From contig JBNKOC010000025.1 of assembly GCA_050294405.1 (NCBI GenBank), positions 1 to 64,000 on the forward strand: a stretch of 64,000 nt of DNA, read 5' to 3'. This DNA is from Fibrobacteria bacterium (GTDB taxonomy: Bacteria > Fibrobacterota > Fibrobacteria > UBA11236 > JADFYW01). Positions 58,948 to 64,000 of this stretch are shown here, one piece after another. The translations under genes were made by a program, and so were the position numbers. Each line of letters opens with the position of its first letter. Position 1 is the first letter of the stretch. The notes beneath the pieces are model-generated. The model searched no databases. It was not told the origin of the DNA and worked only from the letters and a program-made list of their open reading frames with translations.

Positions 58948-59938
58948 AAACAATACATTAAGCGCAAAGGCCGCGGTTTTTAACAAGTATGGCATTCCTG
59001 CTAAAGTGTTGGAATGTCAAAATTGGCCAACCGCCCCCATAGGGCCGGAGGATGTATTGGTTAAAATGCAGTATGCCCCCATTAACCCGGCGGATTTTGG
59101 GACCATTATGGGAGTCTATGGCATTAAACGAACTCCCCCTGCTGTGGGCGGCAATGAAGGTATGGGGGTTGTGGAATCGATTGGCCCCGAGGTTAGAGGG
59201 ATAAAGCCTGGAGATAGGGTGGCTTTTATTCAATCCCATGCTGCCTGGTGCGAATATGTTGTAAGCCCTGGATCCAATATTATTCCACTGAGAGAAAAAC
59301 TGGATGCTGTGCAGGCTTCCATGTTATCGGTGAATCCCATGACATCATGGCGCTTATTACATGATTTTGTGAAGTTAGATTCCAGTAGCCTGGTTATTCA
59401 AAATGCCGCAAATTCCGCTGTGGGCATAATGGTAAATCAAATTTGTGCACACAAAGGCTGGAGTTGTCTTAACTTAGTTCGCCGAAAAGAGGCCTTGGAT
59501 TTTATGGAAGAGCTGGGTTTTAAAGCTTTTCTGGAAACTGAAGTAGACTTTGAGAAAATAAACAGCGAGTTCCCCCATAAAAAGATAACCCTTGGCCTAA
59601 ATGCAGTAGGGGGAAAGAGTGCTTTGCAGTTAATTAAACTACTTGCACCCAATGGAGTTTTGGCCACTTATGGCGGGGCCGATGGCGCTCCGGTTCGCTT
59701 CCCAACCCGGGAGCTTATTTTTTCAAATATTCAACTGCGCGGATTCTGGAGAAATACTTGGCTATCCACCAATAGTCCAGAAACAATTTTAGCAGAATAT
59801 GAAAATTTACAGGCTTTATTTGAGCAGCAGGTTTTAAAAATTCCAGTGGCTGAGTGCTTTTCGCTGGAAGAATTACCTGCGGCCATTGAAGCTGCAGGGT
59901 ATGGCAAAAGACTAGGAAAAATCCTGTTTAAACTGTAA
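58940..59938 (+). CDS. MDR family 2-enoyl thioester reductase-like oxidoreductase
   Basis: APINPAD...GVYG, GGNEG, SVNPMT, QNAANSAVG and TYGG. Confidence 0.85.
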   Translation: MDKNNTLSAKAAVFNKYGIPAKVLECQNWPTAPIGPEDVLVKMQYAPINPADFGTIMGVYGIKRTPPAVGGNEGMGVVESIGPEVRGIKPGDRVAFIQSHAAWCEYVVSPGSNIIPLREKLDAVQASMLSVNPMTSWRLLHDFVKLDSSSLVIQNAANSAVGIMVNQICAHKGWSCLNLVRRKEALDFMEELGFKAFLETEVDFEKINSEFPHKKITLGLNAVGGKSALQLIKLLAPNGVLATYGGADGAPVRFPTRELIFSNIQLRGFWRNTWLSTNSPETILAEYENLQALFEQQVLKIPVAECFSLEELPAAIEAAGYGKRLGKILFKL

Positions 59939-59987
59939 AAGCAAATTCAGCAAGATTTCCATTAATTTTTATATTTTGAGCCATTGA

Positions 59988-61694
59988 TTGTTGGATTTTC
60001 CCTTCAACCCCGGGGTATTCTTGTCTTTATTTCTGATGGTTTCGGGTTTGGCCCTGTTTTACTTTTTAGGTTACCGCTGGTGGGGCCGCATTTTAGAATC
60101 CAAAGGCTTTAATGTTTCCGCCGATGAACCTATGCCCGCTAATGATCCCACTCTTCGGGATAATGTGGATTACATGCCAGTCAAGTTACACTTGCTTTGG
60201 GGACATCACTACGCCTCCATTGCCGGTGCGGCCCCCATAATTGGCCCTGCCGTGGCCATTTTCTGGGGCTGGTTACCCGCCTGGATTTGGGTTGTTTTCG
60301 GAACCATTTTTATTGGCGCTGCCCATGACTTCGGGGCGCTGGTTTTATCTGCCCGCCACCGGGCAAAATCCATGGGAGAAATAGCAGGAGAGCTCATCCA
60401 TCCCCGGGTCAGAGTTCTTTTTCAAATCATCATTTACTTTTTACTGTGGATAGTTCTAACGGTTTTCTCTATGGCCATTGGAGTTCTGTTTAGCAAATAT
60501 CCCGCTACCGTATTGCCCATTAACATCGAAATCATCATCGCTCTTATCCTGGGATATTTATTCCATAAAAAACAAATCAAATTGCTTATTCCATCTCTGG
60601 TCGCCCTGGGCCTGGGTTATGCCATGATTGCCGTGGGAATCCGCATTCCCATTAGTCTTGGCGAGTTTGCCTACAGAGGAGATCCTATCTTAACATGGGC
60701 CATATTTCTCCTTGTTTACGCTGCGGTTGCCAGCGTTTTGCCTGTGTGGCTTTTACTGCAGCCCAGAGATTACATCAACAGCCACAAGTTATTTATAGGA
60801 CTCGCCGTGCTGCTCCTTGGTTTTTTTGTGGCGCGACCCGCGATTTCTGCTCCTGTGGTGAACCCTAATCCGGAAGGGGCGCCCCCTATTTTCCCTTTCA
60901 TATTTGTAACCATAGCCTGTGGAGCCATATCGGGATTTCACGGGCTGGTATCCAGCGGAACCACCTCCAAACAAATCAGCAACTTAAAACACGCAAGGCC
61001 TATTGGGTACGGGGGAATGTTAGGTGAGGGAGTTTTGGCTCTTATAGCCACTCTGGCCGTTGCTTCGGGAATTCCCGATTGGGGAGAGCATTACCATTCC
61101 TTTAACGAAAACGGAATTAACGCCATTTCCAATTTTGTTTTGGGTGCAGGCACTTTTTTAAACGCCCTGCATATTCCTTTGGAATGGGCTTATCCCTTAA
61201 TCGCAGTTTTGGTAATATCCTTTGCAGCAACATCCATGGATACTGCGGCCCGAATCCAAAGGATGTTAGTGGCTGAAATTGGCTCTGCTCTGGGACTTAA
61301 TATTTTACGAAACAGGTATTTGGCTGCGGTTATTGCAGTGGGGCCCGCCATTCCCCTCGTTCTTATCGGAAAATCAGCCTGGGGGCCCTTATGGATGTTA
61401 TTTGGAACCACCAACCAGCTAATAGGAGCCCTTACCTTACTGGTTTTGTTTGTGTATTTGATAAAATCAAAAAAGCCAGTATTGTATTACGCCATTCCCA
61501 TGCTTTTTTTAGTATGTATGACAACTTTTGCTATGTTGTTTAATCTTATTCGCTGGGCTTTTGCGGATTCTGCTGCTTCAGGAGCCAATTGGAGCACCCT
61601 TTTTATTGGAGCTGCCATTTTGGCCCTGGAAATATGGATGATTGTGGAAAGCGCTATTGTCATAAAAAAATATATCAAGATTAATAAAGGATAA
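59988..61694 (+). CDS. cstA: Carbon starvation protein A family transporter
   Basis: GHHYASIAGAAPIIGP, LPVWLLLQPRDYIN, IACGAISGFH and GYGGMLGEG. Confidence 0.93.
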   Translation: MLDFPFNPGVFLSLFLMVSGLALFYFLGYRWWGRILESKGFNVSADEPMPANDPTLRDNVDYMPVKLHLLWGHHYASIAGAAPIIGPAVAIFWGWLPAWIWVVFGTIFIGAAHDFGALVLSARHRAKSMGEIAGELIHPRVRVLFQIIIYFLLWIVLTVFSMAIGVLFSKYPATVLPINIEIIIALILGYLFHKKQIKLLIPSLVALGLGYAMIAVGIRIPISLGEFAYRGDPILTWAIFLLVYAAVASVLPVWLLLQPRDYINSHKLFIGLAVLLLGFFVARPAISAPVVNPNPEGAPPIFPFIFVTIACGAISGFHGLVSSGTTSKQISNLKHARPIGYGGMLGEGVLALIATLAVASGIPDWGEHYHSFNENGINAISNFVLGAGTFLNALHIPLEWAYPLIAVLVISFAATSMDTAARIQRMLVAEIGSALGLNILRNRYLAAVIAVGPAIPLVLIGKSAWGPLWMLFGTTNQLIGALTLLVLFVYLIKSKKPVLYYAIPMLFLVCMTTFAMLFNLIRWAFADSAASGANWSTLFIGAAILALEIWMIVESAIVIKKYIKINKG

Positions 61695-61696
61695 TT

Positions 61697-62398
61697 ATGA
61701 AAGCCATTTATAAAATTTGTGCAGGTTTATTGTTGTTTTCAACATTGCAAATGGTTCATGGAGCAAATTCTTTAAATGTAAAGGAAGGGGCGCTTACGCA
61801 TTTATTTTACACACCGACTCCTTATGTTAATAAAGCGAATACCTTGGTGGTGGGTCTTCATGAAATTTCCTATTCTCTGGATGACAAATTGCAATTTCAA
61901 CTGTCCCTTTTTGATAACATTGGACATATTGATTTCGGGGCCAAATATCAAATGTGGGAGGATATTTCTCTTGGAATTGGCCTTGCGGGCACTATTAATC
62001 ACGCACATTGGGACTATGATGGCTATTATTACCATTCTTCATCTAATCACAAACGCCTGGGAATATATTTAACTGGAGATTTGGCTAATAGCGCTGGCTT
62101 TGCAGCGGCTTATACCCTTCACAGCCAAATTGGGGAGGAAGTTAATATTGGAGCAGATTTAGGTGGCATCAAAGGTTTTGGGCCAGTTTGGTCTTTGATT
62201 GCCGAAATAACCAGCAGCTTAAACGTGAACCACGCCGATGTATTTTTTGGCTTTAATGGAGGGGTTAGAATTGTACCTCCTCCCACGCCATTTTTATTTA
62301 TTGATCTTGGCCTTAATGCCCTTGGACTCAGTACTCCTCATGGAATTGATGGCCCAAGCTTGTATATTGATATTTCCGGGGCGTTTGATTTAAACTGA
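61697..62398 (+). CDS. Secreted, probable outer-membrane beta-barrel protein
   Basis: Signal peptide followed by alternating amphipathic beta-strand pattern. Confidence 0.6.
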   Translation: MKAIYKICAGLLLFSTLQMVHGANSLNVKEGALTHLFYTPTPYVNKANTLVVGLHEISYSLDDKLQFQLSLFDNIGHIDFGAKYQMWEDISLGIGLAGTINHAHWDYDGYYYHSSSNHKRLGIYLTGDLANSAGFAAAYTLHSQIGEEVNIGADLGGIKGFGPVWSLIAEITSSLNVNHADVFFGFNGGVRIVPPPTPFLFIDLGLNALGLSTPHGIDGPSLYIDISGAFDLN

Positions 62399-62470
62399 TT
62401 CCGGGTTGTGTAAAAAAGGTTTTTTATTTCAGAATACAAATACAGTATTAAAAAAACATCCTGGGGAAAG

Positions 62471-62926
62471 ATGTTGGTAGGTAGTGATTCCAAAGGACTC
62501 ATTTATTTGTCTTTTTGGGAAAATCAAAAAGAACATCCTCCCTGGCTTGAAGAGGCCAAGTTAGATAACTCCTCCTTTAAAGATGTATTCCAGTGTTTGG
62601 AAAATTATTTTAAAGGTGACGCTAAAGCTTTAAGCCAGTTCTCCTGGAAACTGGGAAACGTGGGAACAACTTTCCAGCAGCAGGTGTGGAAGCAACTTAA
62701 AAAAATAAAGCCTGGGCATACTAAAAGCTATGGGCAAATCGCTGAGGAAATCAATAACCCAAAATCATTTCGCGCTGTGGGAGGGGCCTGCAATGCCAAC
62801 CCAATTATTTTACTTATTCCCTGCCACCGGGTGACGGCCTCTAATCACATAGGGGGTTTTGGGCTGGGCCTTCCTCTAAAGAAAAAAATGCTTCGCCACG
62901 AAAATTCTCAATTGGCATTTTTGTAA
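62471..62926 (+). CDS. ogt: Methylated-DNA--protein-cysteine methyltransferase
   Basis: GTTFQQQVW, SYGQIA, RAVGGA and the PCHRV active site. The true start may be ATT at 62426. Confidence 0.93.
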   Translation: MLVGSDSKGLIYLSFWENQKEHPPWLEEAKLDNSSFKDVFQCLENYFKGDAKALSQFSWKLGNVGTTFQQQVWKQLKKIKPGHTKSYGQIAEEINNPKSFRAVGGACNANPIILLIPCHRVTASNHIGGFGLGLPLKKKMLRHENSQLAFL

Positions 62927-64000
62927 ATGAAAAAACCAAAGCAGTCACACCATAAAATGGGAAAGCGGGAATGGGCTTTCTGGGCGGCGCTTTTTATTGC
63001 CTTGGCCATTTTATTTTTAGTCCTTAAGCAATGCCAGGTCGAAGAAAAACCTGCCGAAACGGAAAAAATCCCGGATATAATTACTCTACCCGAACCCAAA
63101 AAAGAAATTATTTCCCCCGTAGATAGCGTGGTCCCGGAGAAAGAAGTTCCTCCCCCAGCTAATACTCCTAAAATAAAAGTGCCTGAACCGAAAGCCGATA
63201 CTACGGCGAAAGGAAGTATTGAAACAGTAAGGCTGGAGCTGAGCGCAGACACCATTTTTGAGCCTATTAATTACATCGATACTCTTTTTGTTTATGCGGA
63301 TCCCTGGGGCGGAAGGCACTTTGATTCCGCGGTGGTGAGTTTACATTGCCGGGAGAATTGCCCCATATTATACAGCTTTGGAGATAGTGTTAATTTAAAA
63401 AGTTATTATGAACCCCTGGTTATTCGCCGCAGCAGTGATTTGTGGATAGCAGGCATTAATGAAACAGGTGAGCAGAGCCGTCCTGTTAAAGTTCAATATA
63501 TAATTGAAAGAAAATCGGGAAATTGTGCCGAGAACATGGTTCCCTATGAGAAAAATGGCAAATCCTTTTGCATGGATGTATATGAGTGGCCCAATAAAAA
63601 AGGGGAAAATATCAAATCATTTGTAAACCATGAGGAGGCGGCCAGTATTTGCGAAAAGGCCAATAAGCGTCTTTGTAGTTTGGAGGAATGGCAGCTAATA
63701 TGTAAAGGCCCGGAAAAATTTAAATATCCCTATGGAAACGTTTACAATGAAAATTACTGCCCTGCTAAAGAAAAAAAGGCGGTTCGCTCTGGCAGATTTC
63801 CGGCCTGTCGAAGTTATTTTGGAAATTTCGATTTAACAGGCAATGTGTGGGAATGGACTTCGACCATATCCGAAAACAATCCCGATCACTATTTGGTGGC
63901 TGGGGGTAACTGGAGTTCTGGAAACCAAGCCAGTTGCGAAGAAGCTAAATACAGCTTTTACCCTCAAAACAAATATTTGTTTGTGGGTTTTCGGTGTTGT
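62927..64000 (+). CDS. Membrane-anchored FGE-sulfatase (SUMF1) domain protein (partial, runs off the window end)
   Basis: Not in the ORF track. Manual translation shows a TM helix, a Pro-rich linker, then FCMDVYEWPN, KRLCSLEEW, YPYG, DLTGNVWEW and GFRCC at the window edge. Confidence 0.85.
   Translation, partial: MKKPKQSHHKMGKREWAFWAALFIALAILFLVLKQCQVEEKPAETEKIPDIITLPEPKKEIISPVDSVVPEKEVPPPANTPKIKVPEPKADTTAKGSIETVRLELSADTIFEPINYIDTLFVYADPWGGRHFDSAVVSLHCRENCPILYSFGDSVNLKSYYEPLVIRRSSDLWIAGINETGEQSRPVKVQYIIERKSGNCAENMVPYEKNGKSFCMDVYEWPNKKGENIKSFVNHEEAASICEKANKRLCSLEEWQLICKGPEKFKYPYGNVYNENYCPAKEKKAVRSGRFPACRSYFGNFDLTGNVWEWTSTISENNPDHYLVAGGNWSSGNQASCEEAKYSFYPQNKYLFVGFRCC

Noticed and set aside
43553..62926. 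DNA-repair island (mpg, SPL-like radical SAM, macro domain, ogt)
   Set aside because: The genes are scattered among unrelated housekeeping genes on both strands and no shared operator was seen.
3736..63319. Numerous 60-220 aa ORFs antisense to or nested in confident genes (for example 3736-4224, 15535-16203, 17227-17778, 45254-45730, 62908-63255)
   Set aside because: They overlap well-supported genes and show no recognisable motifs.

Overview
Bacterial chromosomal window of roughly 40-45% GC (estimated by eye), gene-dense, from a diderm organism. The C-terminal domain of two giant secreted proteins suggests Fibrobacterota (inference). I saw no rRNA, tRNA, CRISPR array, transposase or phage genes. 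Main content: (1) an operon of ECF sigma factor, membrane anti-sigma and a signal-peptide-bearing caspase-like protease with a 15-aa repeat tract and a barrel-like C-terminus (7299-10874); the protease and the anti-sigma share an RLKG motif, making this the best candidate for an undescribed trans-envelope proteolytic signalling system; (2) a GbsR/MarR-led nine-gene TonB-dependent uptake operon with a Cys-rich lipoprotein (11159-20930); (3) a redox locus with NfuA, a circularly permuted YpdA/TrxR-like flavoprotein fused to a membrane polyferredoxin, and a divergent ECF sigma/zinc anti-sigma pair with matching back-to-back promoter motifs (23982-28051); (4) two tandem ~2280-aa vWA/Ig-like surface proteins with a conserved stalk and a divergent Cys-bracketed tip insert (28048-42096); (5) a GAF-HTH regulator lacking its AAA+ domain; (6) three copies of a dispersed intergenic MITE/REP-like repeat; (7) many housekeeping genes (hrpB, mpg, acyP, amtB with a sigma-54 promoter, panE, cstA, ogt). 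All family calls come from motif recognition by eye; no database searches were run.
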